A stretch of 64,000 nt of DNA, taken from contig NC_092384.1 in the NCBI RefSeq assembly GCF_030028105.1, positions 17,553,629-17,617,628 on the forward strand, given 5' to 3'. The first letter of the stretch is position 1; every line of letters starts with the position of its first letter. Source of the DNA: Mobula birostris. Taxonomy: Eukaryota. The notes below the pieces were generated by a model. The model saw only the letters and a list, made by a program, of their open reading frames with translations, searched no databases and had not been told where the DNA came from. Made by a program: the position numbers and the translations under genes. Positions 12,170 through 24,115 of the stretch are shown here, one piece after another.

Positions 12170-14680
12170 AAACTAGGTAATGATCAATAACTAGAAGATT
12201 ATGAGACTAGCAGGAAGGAGTTTAGGAATCAAATTAGGAGAGGCAGAAGGGGCCATGAGAAAGCCTTGGCAAGCAGGGTTAAAGAAAATCCCAAGGTATT
12301 CTACAAGTATGTGAAGAGCAAGAGGATAAGACGTCAGAGAATAGAACTAAACAAGTGTGACAATGGAAAAGTGTGTATGGAACTGAAGGAGAAAGCAAAG
12401 GTAGTTAATGAATACTTTGCTTCGGAAAAGTATTATGACGATTGTGGGGATGACTTCAGCGGATTGAAAGGCTTGAGCATATAGACATTAAGAAAAAGGA
12501 TATGCTGGAGTTTTTGGAAAGTCTCAAGTCTCCGGAACTGGACGAGATGCACTCCAGGATACTGTGGGAGGCGAGGGAAGAGATTGATGAGCTCTGACAA
12601 TGACCTTTGGATCATCAGTCGGGACGGGAGAGGGTCCAGAGGATTGGAGGGTTGTAGATGTTGTTCCATTATTCAAGAAAGGCAGTAGACCAGTCAATCT
12701 TACTTCTGTGGTTGGTAAATTGATGGAAAAGATTCTGAGAAGCAGGATTTATGGACATCTGGAGAGGCATAATATGATTAGCAAAAGTCAACATGGCTTT
12801 CTCAAAGGCATGTCGTGCCTTACGAGCCTGGTTTAATTTTTTGAAAGATGTGACTAAACACGTTGATGAAGGCAGAGTAGTAGATGTAGCGTACATGGAT
12901 TTCAGCAATGCATTTTATAAGGTATCCCATGCGAGGCTTATTGAGAAAGTGAGGAGGCATGGGATCCAAGGGACCTTGCTTTGCCGAAACAGAACTGGCT
13001 TGCCCACAAAAGGCAGAGTAGTTGTAGACAGGTCATACTCTGCATGGAGGCCCGTGACTACTGGTGTGCCTCAGGGATCTGTTCTGCGACCCTGTCTCTT
13101 CGTAATTTTTATAAATCACCTGGATGAGGAAGTGGAGGGACGGGTTCAAAAAATTGCTGATGATACAAAGGTCGGGGGTGTTGTCGATAGTGTGGAGGGC
13201 TATCAGAGGTTACAGCAGGACATCGATATGGTAAAAAAAAAATTGGGCTAAGAAGTTCCAGATAGAGTTCAAAACAGATAAGTCTGAGGAGATTCATTTT
13301 GGAAGGTCAAATATGATGGCAGAATAAAGTATTAATGTCAGGCTCTTGGCAGTGTGGGGGATCAGTGCAATCCTGGGGTGCGAGTCTTTTGGACACTCAA
13401 ACGTGCTCCGCAGGTTGACTCTGTTCACAAGAAAGCGTATGGTGCATTCACTGTCATAAACCATGGAATTGAGTTTAAGAGCCGAAAGGTAATGTTACAA
13501 CTTTATTGAACCCTTGTCAGACCCCACTTGGAGTACTGTGCTCTGTACTGGTCATCTCACTAGAGGAAGGATGTGGAAACTATAGAAAGCGTGCCGAGGA
13601 GATTTTAAAAAAGGTTGCCTAGATTGGGGAGCATGCCTTATGAGAATACATTGAGTAAACTCGTCCTTTTCTCCTTAAAACGGCGGAGAATGAGAGGTGA
13701 CCTGATAGAGGCGTATAAGATGATGAGAGGGATTGATCGTGTGGATAGTCAGAGGCTTTTTCCTAGGCCTAAAATGGCTTGAGAGGGCACAGTTTTAAGT
13801 GTCTGGACGTAGGTACAGAGGAGATGTCAGCGTTTTTTTTTTACGTGTAACGCTCAGTTATATTTTCTCGTATATGTCTAGGGGAAATCCCACCAGGCAC
13901 CTGCCTGAACGCTTCCTACTGAGTCGGTTGCTGACCCCTACCACCCGAATCAATCCCAAACATCAATCATCAGCCAGCACACACAGTACGTTTTGCACAG
14001 TACATTTTATACATATCACTAAGTCCATGAAACTAGTATACATTCGATACAGAAAAGGAAGCAATGGGGAAAAAAAGGCGCCAGACTTATCAAAGTCTAA
14101 GTTCTTCGTGCACAACAGTTGGAGCTCAATAAATTCCTGAGGACCACCCGGATCCTGTCGACTCACGGCTTGGGACCACCCAGAGTGATCTACCGGAGCC
14201 TTTCACACCGTCCGCCGTCCTTTCCGTCTCTCCTCTGACTCCTCGCCAAAAACTCCGTTCCCAGTCATATGAGACAGCATTATCACCCGAATAAAACGAT
14301 GACATTAATACCCATTGGCTAATAGCACCCTGCTATCTGTATTCACCCAAGAAAATGTCTAGCTAGAGATTTTCTCAGCATTTAACATAACAAAGAAGCA
14401 TTCCCAAGTATAACATAACAAAGAAGCCATTTTAAACTTAACACAAAAAAACCCATACATACGCAGTGAGTGGAGCGGTGAGTGCTTGGAATGCGGTGTC
14501 GGCGACAGTGGTGGAGGGGGATACCATAGGGTCTTTTAAGAGACTCCTGGATAGGTACATGGAGCTTCGAAAAATAGAGGGCTATTGGTAACCCCCGGAA
14601 ATTTCTAAAGTAAGTACATGTTCGGCCCAGCATTGTGGGCCCAAGGGCCTGTATCGTGCTGTAGGATTTCTATGTTTCCA
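12170..14680 (+). mobile_element. 5'-truncated CR1 LINE interrupted by a solo LTR
   Basis: SRVKENPKVFYKYV, QHGF, YMDFSNAF, GVPQGSVL, ADDTKVGG; 3' end resumes at 14460. Confidence 0.95.
13846..14459. mobile_element. Solo LTR, 614 bp
   Basis: TGTA...TACA termini flanked by 4-bp direct repeat tacg (13842-13845, 14460-14463); removal restores the CR1 sequence. Confidence 0.8.
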
Positions 14681-14689
14681 TGTTTCTAT

Positions 14690-15870
14690 TACAGTCACAA
14701 AACATGGGGTAAAGCAGCATATTTCCACAAATCGCCCTCCAGTCCACGCCTGCGAGTGTAGACTGGATCCTTTAAAGCTGGCTGGCAACCGCGAAGGCTG
14801 AGTTTGCCAAAATGGAAAGAGTTGGCTTTGTATGCCGGTCGAATGGCCCTTGGGCCTTGCCTCTGTATATGTCCCCACGTCCGATAGTGGTTGCCACCCA
14901 TGTGGCGATTACGGACACCTTCATGAGGTGACCACCGCAGATCGTTATCCGGTCCCACGCACGCATGACTTTTCGGCACATTTAGCCGAAAGTAATTTTT
15001 TTTTTGCCGAAGATGTCTTAGTTCGAGGCTACCATCAGGTACTTGTGTGCTCTGAGGATATTTCCAAAACGGTTCTGTTAATCAAATTTGGACTCAGAGT
15101 TTCTGCGCATGCCGTTTGGGCTGAAAAATGCAGCACAGATTTTCCAGCTGTTGTCGGGCATTGCATTAAAAGACGCAGACTCTATTTTTGTTTACCTGGA
15201 TGACCTGCCAGTGCATCCAAATCCGAATATACATCTCATCTCCGCACACGCTTTGAGCATTTTTGCCAACAAGGGATTGATTATTAACCGTAATAAATGC
15301 CAGTTTGGGTTGTCAACTATGACGTTTCTCGGCTATCGCATCTCCGCAGAAGGTACGAAACCCGCCCCCCACCCCATCGAAAGTAGCCTCTATTATGGTT
15401 TCCTACCGCCCTGTAGTATTAGAAAGCACATTCGGTGTTCGGTGTGGTGAACTTCTGTCACCGCCTTATTCTGTGAGCTGCTGAACTGAAGCTTCCCCTG
15501 TAAAGGCAATACCCCTAATCATGTGCTTAACTGGTCAGCGGACATGGCTGGGCATTTGACAACACCAAACACGCCATTCCATGCGCTCCTTATGGTGCAC
15601 CCGCTCCGCAGCGCACCTATAGCCATTACTGCTGACGCTTCAGACTCTGCTGTGTGCGATGTGGACGAACAGTTGGTCGGAGGAATGTGGCATTCGCTCG
15701 CCTTCTTTAGCCGGCAGCCCCGTCGCCCCGAAAGGAAGTGCAACATGTTTGACCGTGAGTCTTCCGGTCTCTATCTGATTGTCTGCCACTTTCGTTTTCT
15801 TCTGCAACGTCGCCATTTCGCAGCATTCTTTGACCACGAACCCCTCGTGCACGCGATGGCGAAAATATCA
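14690..15870 (+). mobile_element. Ty3/Gypsy pol fragment (RT and RNase H), frameshifted
   Basis: PCGDYGHL...DRYPVP, RMPFGLKNAAQIFQ, VYLDD, ITADASD, LAFFSRQ, DHEPL. Confidence 0.92.
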
Positions 15871-16329
15871 TCACAATATATTTTTGTGGAGTGATATGTA
15901 GAATTACTCGAAAGTAAAATAGTTTCCGTTTTTTGCGCTATGCTTACACTGTCATGTTTCAAATCAAGTACATTTATCTTTATTATTCCGTCTCCTATCT
16001 TCAAATGATTTCCCCGTATGAAACAATTGGTTACTACGTTGATTTAACAAAACAAAAGTAATTATTGAAGACCCACCTCCAATTGCATAAGGGCCAAGCA
16101 TTTGAGTCTTAAAGAGGAAGCTGAACAACTTATACAATATTCATTCCGAAGCGCGAATACATAAAACTTATTGTCTTGCTTCTGAGAGTATCACCGTTCC
16201 GGAAGCTGGGTTGCATCCAATTCGATTCACATCATCTAAGAGTACATATGACCGCGTGGACAGATGTATCGAGTCCTTTCTGTAAAACTATAACTATAAA
16301 GTCGCACTCCAGAAACAACTCCGCCTTTA

Positions 16330-16680
16330 AAGTCCAAAGGTCCAATTTAATGTTGGAGAAATATATACAATCTACATCCTGAAATGCTTTTTCTTCGCAA
16401 ACATCCACGAACGCAGAGAAGTGCCCCAAAGAATGAACGACAGTTAAACGTGAGAACCTGAAAGTCCCCCATCCCAGTTCCCCGTCCCCCGCGTAAAGGA
16501 CAATGAGCAGCGATCACCACCCCCCCCCCACCTCGCACCCCAGCAAAAAAAAACTCACCCGCTACCATGCGCAAGTGTGAGTTCGGCATAGCAAAGTCAC
16601 AGACCTAGCAGTTGCCTCAAAGACTATCGCATTTCATCGGGCATTGGAGAAAGCACAGGTTCTCTCTCTCCCGAGTAAAG
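16330..16680 (-). mobile_element. 3' part of the retroposon family also at 29755-30545 and 53605-53790
   Basis: Shared atacatcctgaaatgctttttcttcgcaa...gtgccccaaa...atgaacgacagttaaacg. Confidence 0.8.
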
Positions 16681-16867
16681 GAGGGGGAGGTGTCCCCTAT
16701 TTTCACGTTACTTCAGTACTTTTACAGTAATTACATGATCATTGCTATGCCCAGATATATCCGTTACAAAACAAAACTTTTCCCACAAGCCATGGACTCA
16801 CTTTCAAGGACTGCTCATCTTATGTTCTCGATAATTATTTCTTCTTATTATTATTCTAGTTGTTGTA

Positions 16868-17567
16868 TTTTTTTCTGAGCTCAAGCTGGTAAAACTTGAC
16901 CTACTGGCATAACTAAGCAGACCGTTTCTCAACTGCTAGGAACTTTCGGACTATTCTAGTGGTGTTTAGCATTGTGGCTTTCTGAAGAATTACGGAATCT
17001 GAAGATTTACATTAATATTGCTATGTAGGCCTAATGGTTTAATGTTATTTTGTAGTGACTTTGGGATGACACCTGCTGTGGATATTGCTATTTGGACAAT
17101 GTATCATAATCCATAGGCTTTTCATTTCCTGTCTTAATCCAGCATTATTTCTGGTGTTAAATTCTTTATGCTCTGTGTGTGTTCCGAATGGCTATATCTG
17201 TTCAGTAAGTTGCTCTTACTGGTTTATTCCAGGCAGTTATTATTGATTGTCCTGTCTGTAATAACAGATTAGTCAGAATATAATTTGTGGAATTCTGACT
17301 CTAAGACTGGATTAGGCTTGTATTTATCGTAAGGTATCGTGGTTTTTATGAGCTTGTATTTTAAATCGAGAGTTTGGGGAATGGTGTTTGCAACTGGATT
17401 GTGCTTGTGAAAGTAATCAGATTGATTTAAACTGCGGCAAGATTATGTAATGTGTTGGATATTTCTGGTTTCTCTTGGCATTTATCGTCATCAATGTGTC
17501 AGTATTTTTGACATTTTTTTGTATTAAACACCTACTTCATTGCTATAAGGAATCTATCTGTTTCCAA
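16868..17567 (-). mobile_element. 5'-truncated R4/Dong-clade non-LTR element (REL endonuclease C-terminus)
   Basis: Minus strand reads KYKPNPVLE...KLYSD*SVITDRTI...TDIAI...LQKATMLNTTRIVRKFL, short A tail, TAA repeats on both flanks. Confidence 0.8.
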
Positions 17568-17568
17568 C

Positions 17569-17599
<31 letters not shown>

Positions 17600-17614
17600 G
17601 TTATTATTGTTATA
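17569..17614. repeat. (TTA)n microsatellite
   Basis: Directly visible. Confidence 0.98.
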
Positions 17615-17624
17615 ATTAGTCAGT

Positions 17625-18430
17625 GTTGGCTCGTGGCCAAGCGGTTAAGGCGTTGGTCTAGTGATTTGAAGGTTGGCTGAGTCAGCGTGTGTGTCCTTGA
17701 GCAAGGCACTTAAGGCTGATTTATAACTCTGCCTCAAAACGATGCCGTAGGTGGCGTAACCGCGAACCTTACGCAGATCCTACGCGAATCCCTACGCCGT
17801 AGCCTGACGCAGTCTCCCAAAATGTAACTACGCTTCGCGGCAACGCAGACCGCAACAACTGTGATTGGTCCGCTTAGTAGCATCGCATTTCCTCCTACGC
17901 TGCAATAATTTCCCATTGGGCGACTGAAGGGCAGGGAAGGAACTCTGGCTGCAATGTTTTCCAGAAAGCTTTATAGACCTCCAAAATGATGGACACTTTT
18001 CGCTTTTACGAAATAAGATGCTCGCTTTAAACTTGTTTACCCCAAGAAAGACTACCATGACCATGAAGCCTTGCACGGGCAGGTGTGTGCGCATACGCGA
18101 CGTGCCCGAATTACAGAGCTACGCAGACATACCAATGCACAAGCATTAATACTGTCAACGCGCGTATGTTACTTTCGTAGGTTACGACTTCCATTTGATG
18201 CAGAAGTACAAATCAGCCTTTAAGCACACATTGCTCTGCGACGACACCGGTCCCAAGCTGTATAGGTCCTATGGTCCTTCTCTTGGACAACATTGGTGTC
18301 GTGGAGTGGAGAGAATTGCAGCATGGGCACCTGCTGGTCTTCCATACAACCTTGCCCAGGCCTGGGCCCTGGAAACCTTCCAAGGCGCAAATTCATCGTC
18401 TCATGAGACTGATGGATGCCTATATATATA
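17625..18430 (+). mobile_element. tRNA-derived CORE-type SINE split by a MITE
   Basis: A-box-like tggccaagcggttaagg, MIR-core-like gtgtgtccttgagcaaggcacttaa, resumes at 18220, ends in (TA)n. Confidence 0.75.
17713..18219. mobile_element. PIF/Harbinger-type MITE, 507 bp
   Basis: TIRs aggctgatttataactctgc / gcagaagtacaaatcagcct with TTA target duplication on both sides. Confidence 0.85.
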
Positions 18431-18537
18431 TCATTAGAAAAACGCCTGCTCCGGCAGCAGGAGGTTGAGTTTGGAAAGCCTCTTGAACGGTCAGTCATTC
18501 AGCCGCATCGACTTGGAGAACAGGTGAGGAGCTGGAC

Positions 18538-18682
18538 CTCGGTTTCGGGGAGAAGACATCCACTGTGTAACAATAACCACGCCCCTCCCCTAATCCCGGT
18601 CCTGAAAAAAAGAATCCAGATATCATCTGTATCCAGATTGGGCGATGCTCTGGTCAGCGTCTGTTCTCCATGTTCGGTGCGG
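18538..18682 (-). pseudogene. Possible decayed stalk/TM exon
   Basis: Good acceptor cacattttattttcag; PIWIQMISGFF and GVVIVTQWMSSPRNR in shifted frames, in-frame TGA, weak donor. Confidence 0.25.
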
Positions 18683-18989
18683 CTGAAAATAAAATGTGTC
18701 TGTAGATTTAAAAAAAAGCTAACCTCTTTCATTTTAGAAACGGAAAGATGTCTACGGAACAGAGTGATACGGCTGATGACTGGCGATCACCAGGGCATAA
18801 CAGTAAGCGAGCCGCTAGAGGCGCAGTGGAGAATAGGCGGACAGGTACCGGGAAACGGCAGAAAAACACTGCCAGTACTTAAAGTAGCCCATTGACACCA
18901 CAGGCTGCGACTGCTGCAAGCGTTGCTCAGGGGAGCAATCCAATTTCAACTGAGAATACCCAAGGCGCTCCCACATAAGTCATTTCCCT

Positions 18990-19310
18990 TTTCCCCCATC
19001 TTCCTTACATCCAGGTTCGATCCAAACGTCTATTAATAGCCCCTATTGTAGTTGCTGCTAGCACCTAACCAGGAAGGACATTCCAGGCACCGACGACGCT
19101 CTGAGTAAAAAGTTTACCTCTCACATCCCCTTTGAACCAATCTCCTCCCACCTTCAATTTCATTTCACGTTCTAAACTTGGGCAACAGATACTCTCTATA
19201 CCCTACATATGTCTCTGATATTTTTTGTGAATCTCTATCAGGTCTCCCCTTAGCCTCCGACGCCCCAAAGGAAACTACCCAAATATATCCAGCCCCTAGT
19301 GATAGTATAA
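18990..19310 (-). mobile_element. CR1 3' end fragment
   Basis: cacatcccctttgaacc, ctatcaggtctccccttagcctccgacg. Confidence 0.8.
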
Positions 19311-19329
19311 ACGTTTCACCTTGTATTTT

Positions 19330-20265
19330 CGTTATTCTTTTGGAGAGATACAGGGAGCTGTGTTGGACTTAGTTCGATTGAAAAATTAACGCTACTGTTG
19401 GAAACCATTGGCAGAAGTGACAGGAATCTCTCAGGACGCTCGGCTGCATCGGCTGAGAAAGAAATCGTGTTAAGACTTCAAGTTGATAGATTTTCACTCC
19501 GGCATGAACCGCAATGTTTCCTATTTTCCCCTCTTTAGGGAAGGTTCCTGACCGGTCAATGCTTCCTCATGTTTTTTGCTTCATTTCTGGATACAAACAT
19601 CTACAATGCTATTTTCTATTAATTACCCTACTTTCCATTAAGAAGCTAACTTGATTTGCGATAAACCCATGGAGGCATGAGGCTCCTTCTGCTTCCATTC
19701 GTCTTTAAATGCATCGTGGAAATATTCTGGTTAAAAGCAACTCTTGACATTGTCTAATCACGGCAGTTTTCCACCTATTCCTTACACCATTAACACTGCA
19801 TTTAATATAAGATGGATGAGTACAGCACAGGAATAGGACATTCGGCAAAGCTGCCTGTCGCGAACACAATGTCAAATGAAACTAAATCTTTGCGAGCTGA
19901 TTGCTCTATATCTCATAATTCACTGCATGTTCAAGTGCCCATTCAAAAGTATCTTCTGATTTCACCTTCTTCATGTATAAGGAATTTTGTTCCGATCCTG
20001 CCAGCGAAGCACGTCTCGTTCCCTGCCCTCCTGCATTTTATGCGAATTGATTTTATTTAACAATTTTGTACCGTGTTGTTGCGAGTCCGCAGGAAGAAAA
20101 ATTATACCGTTTAAGTGAAAGGGCAGGAATTTCCACTCATTCTGAAATGTATTTTACAACTCGTTTCAGACTGGAACACATCATAGTCACCAAATGACAA
20201 TCTAGTTCTCACTGACCTGATGCGGATATTATTTCATGTAATCTACGAATTCTCATATGACTTGC
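19330..20265. repeat. Non-TE duplicated block, copy 2
   Basis: Collinear with 6190-7090. Confidence 0.85.
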
Positions 20266-20269
20266 ACCA

Positions 20270-21855
20270 TCTAGAAATTACAAGGCTGCCAGTAAGGAGC
20301 TTAAGGATAGAATTAGGAGAGCTAGAAAGAGCCATGAGAAGGACTTTGCGAGCAGCATTAAGGAAAGCCCCAAGGCATTGTACAAACATGTGAAGAGCAG
20401 GAGGTAGAGCCATGGAGAATGGGACCAATAAAGTGAGAGTGGAAACATGTGCATGGAACTGGAGGAGCTAGCGGAAGTACTTATTTTGCTTCAAAATTCA
20501 TCAGTGAAAAGGATCTTGGCAATTGGAGGAATGACTTACAGCGGACTGAAACGTTCAGTGTATCGACATTAAGAAGCAGGATGTGCTAGAGCTTTTGAAA
20601 GGTATTACCACAGAGACGGTAGAAATACTGGAAGATTGGAAGGTTGAAAGTGTTGTTCACTTCTATGACAAAGGGAACAGAGATAACCCGGAAAGTTATA
20701 GACCAGTGAATCCGACTTCGGGGTGGGCCAATTGTTGGAGAAGATACTGAGGGGCAGGATTTGTGAGGATTTGGAGAAACACAATCTCATTAGGGATAGT
20801 CAATGTGGCTTTGTCAAGGGAAGATCATGCCCTACGAACCTGATTAAATTCTTTGACGATGTAACATTGATGACGGTAGAATTGAATTGAGTATTTAAAT
20901 ACATGCTCATCTCAATCCAAAGGTGCAATGCGCAAACTATAACAATTTATGATAAATGGTATGTACAACAGGATAGTCGATATAACATAGAAATGCAGTT
21001 GTGTCAGCATGAGGTAAGCAGTTTGAGGATCTGGTGGAAGAAGCTGTCCTGGAGCCTGTTGGTCCTGGCTTTTATGTTGTGGTACCGTTTCCCAGATGTA
21101 GCAGCTGGAAGATTTTCTGCCAAAAGCTTTCTTTACGACCCTATCTACCTGTGACGCCATTTTCAGCAAATTAGACAGCTGTATTCCCAGATCCTTTTGC
21201 TCTACCACCATCCTCAATGCCCTGCCATTCACGGTCTAAGACCTACACTGGTTGGTCACACCAAAATGGAACATCTCGTACTTGTCTACATTAAATTCCA
21301 ACTGCCATTTTCAACCAATTTTTTTCCTGCTGATCCAGATCCATCTGAAGCCAGGAAAGCCTTCCTCACTGTATAGTACATGCATCATCCTGGTGTAATC
21401 CGTAAATTTGCTGATCTACTTATTCACATTATTTTCCAGATCGATAATATTGATGACAGACAGGAAAGGACCCTGCACAGATCCGTGCGGCATGCCACTA
21501 GTCCTCCGACCAGAGAAGCATCCATATAATGTTATTTTTTTTTTTTTGCTTCTCCCACAAAGTCTATGGCCAATCAAATTTACTACATCACTTTGAATAC
21601 CAAGAGACTGAATCTTGTTGACCAACCTTCAAAGTGGGCCTTGTCAAATGTCTACTAAAGTCATTGTTGGCGACATGCACTGTCTGCTCTTCAACCACTT
21701 TCCTGGCTCAGAAAACTCTATAAGGTTGGTTAGATATGATCTATCATGCACGAAGCCATGCAGGCTCTCCTTCATCAGTCCATGTCTATCCAAATACTTC
21801 TACTGTGTATCCAGTCCCTTAGAATAGCTTCCAATACTTTCCCACTACTGCTGTC
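20270..21855. mobile_element. Two CR1 RT fragments in opposite orientation (20270-20875 +, 21105-21855 -) separated by a Rex1-like LINE tail (20880-21100)
   Basis: gtggctttgtcaagggaagatcatgcc on +; GMPHGSVQGPFL and ASQVDRVVKKAFG on -; attgaattgaattg tail. Confidence 0.75.
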
Positions 21856-22777
21856 AAGCTCGTTGTTGTTCAGTCGTTAAGTCGAGTCAGACTCTTCGTG
21901 ACCTGACAGAATTCTGCACACTAAGTCTTCTTGTTGGAAACTGTCTCTCTAAGTTCCCCCGAACATCATACGCATTTGCTGAGTATTATTATCTATCCAT
22001 TATAGCCTCTGCTGCCCTCTCCTTCTCTTACCCTCTGTTTTACCTCCATGACAGTGTTCTCCAAGGAATGCTGTGTTCTCCTGATGTGGCGTAAATATTT
22101 CAACGTTTGTCTCATAATGAAGCGTCGAAATGAGCAGGCTGGCTGTATTTCTTCAAGTATTTTCTTGTTGGATCTTCTTGCTGTCCAACGAACTCTTTAC
22201 ACTTTCCTCCAGCAGCCAAGTCAAAGGCATGGATTATTTTGTATTCAGCCTTACTAATTGTCCAGCTCTCACAGCCATTCAGCACAACTGGAAATACCAT
22301 AGGCTTGACCATACGGATCTTCGTAGACAATGTTATATTTCTGTTCTTCAGGATTTTAACTAAATTTGCCATTGCTTCTCTCCTGAGAAGTAGGCGCTGT
22401 TTAATTTCACGGCTGCAGTTACCATCAATAGAAATCTCTGAACGTAGGAAAACAAAATCCATCACTGTTTACATTTGCTTGCCATTTATTAATAAGGCTA
22501 ATAAACATAATCTTGGCTTTCTTCATATTGAGCAAAAGCCAGCTTTTGCACTTTTTGCTTTCACTTTGATAGAAGCTTCCTCAGATCCTCTTACATTCAA
22601 CCATTGGAGTAGTATCATCTGCATATCTGAGTTGTTCATATTTCGTCCGTCAATTTTGATTTCAACATTTGAGTTCTCCAGATCAGCATTCCTCATGATG
22701 TGTTCAGCATGTAGATTAAATAGTTAGGGTGATAGTATGCACCTTTATCGTACTCTTCCCAATCCTGAACCATTTTT

Positions 22778-23401
22778 TTTAGATTGTGAAGACACGCAGT
22801 CCTCTTTTATTGTCATTTAGTAATGCATGCATCAAGAAATGATACAATATTTCCTCCGGTGTGATATCACAAAATACAGGACAGACCAAGACTGAAAAAA
22901 AACTAACAAAACCACATAATTATAACATATAGTTACAACAGTGCAGCAATACCATAAATTGATGAAGAAGTCCATGAGCACAATAAAAGTTCGAAGTCTC
23001 TCAAATGTCCAATATCTCACGCAGACAGGAGAAGGAAGAAAAACTCTCCTTGTCATACTCGACCACGATCCGACTCTGAGTCATCCGAAAACTTCGAGCT
23101 CTGTTCAGCTTTCCGACACCGATTTCCGACTCCATCTCTATCCGAACGATTCGACCTCCATCTCGGTCGCCAACAGCAGGCAAAGCGGGGATTTTGAGGC
23201 CTTCTCTCCGAAAGATTCCCGACCACGCAGTAACGACAGTAGCGAACGAGCGTTTCAAAATTTTTTTTCCAGATGTTCGTCTGTGCTTTCACGCCCATCA
23301 TCATCAAATCAGAATTGTCCACGGCCCCTATTTAACGGATACGATATGATGCTTCACCGGAGTGCTGCGCACGCGCGGTGCGCTGTTTCTCTCTTCTACC
23401 G
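22778..23401 (-). mobile_element. 624-bp non-coding retroposon with A tail and 8-bp TSD
   Basis: ccattttt at 22770-22777 and 23402-23409; excision restores RTE ...acaaaaatggttcaggattggg. Confidence 0.8.
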
Positions 23402-23902
23402 CCATTTTTGTTCCGTGCTCGGTCCTAACTATTTCTTCTTGAACTTAGTTTCTCACAAGGCAGATCAGATGTCCATGTGTCCCCAGTTCTTTAAAGATTT
23501 ACTATAGTTTATTATGGTTGACACTGTCGAAGGGTTTATAGTAGTGAATAAAACATAGATAAATACTTTCTTGGAGTTCCCTCGATTTCTCCATTTTCCA
23601 GTGTAGATTAGTAATTTGGTGTGTGGTGCCCCGCCTCTTCTAAAACCAGCTTTTAAATCTGGCAGTTCTCGTTCCATATATTGCTGGAGCCTTGCTTGCA
23701 TGACCTTCAGAATTACCTTGCTAGCAAGTGAAATTAGTGAAACTGTCTGGTAATATGAACATTCCTTTACATTTCCCTTTTTGGGAAATAGGATATGAAC
23801 TGATCTTTTCCAGTCTAAAGGCCATTATTGGGTTTTCCAGATCTGCTGGAAAATTGCATGCAACACTTTTACACAGCATCGCCTTTTGAAGTAGTGAATT
23901 TA

Positions 23903-24115
23903 AAAACGCAAACACGAGAAAATCTGCAGATGCTGGAAATTCAAGCACTACACACACAATGCTGGTGGAACGCAGCAGGCCAGGAAGCATCTATAAGAAT
24001 AAGTACAGTCGACGTTTCGGGCCGACGGTCTCGGTCCGAAACGTCGACTGTACTTCTTCCTATAGATGCTTCCAGGCCTGCGGCGTTCCACCAGCATTTT
24101 GTGTGTGTTGCTTGA
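23903..24115. repeat. Palindrome of two head-to-head Penelope terminal fragments
   Basis: Arms 23941-24022 and 24032-24115 are near reverse complements; both match 45300-45410. Confidence 0.9.

Noticed and set aside
17625-17700. tRNA gene
   Set aside because: Only an A-box-like head continuing into a SINE core; no cloverleaf or intact B box
18738-18802. Plus-strand exon-like segment (ttttag...aca|gtaagc)
   Set aside because: Splice-like sites are present but there is no recognisable peptide and no partner exons
20270-21855. Twin-priming 5' inversion of a single CR1
   Set aside because: The two oppositely oriented pieces overlap in RT coverage and a third element lies between them; independent insertions are simpler
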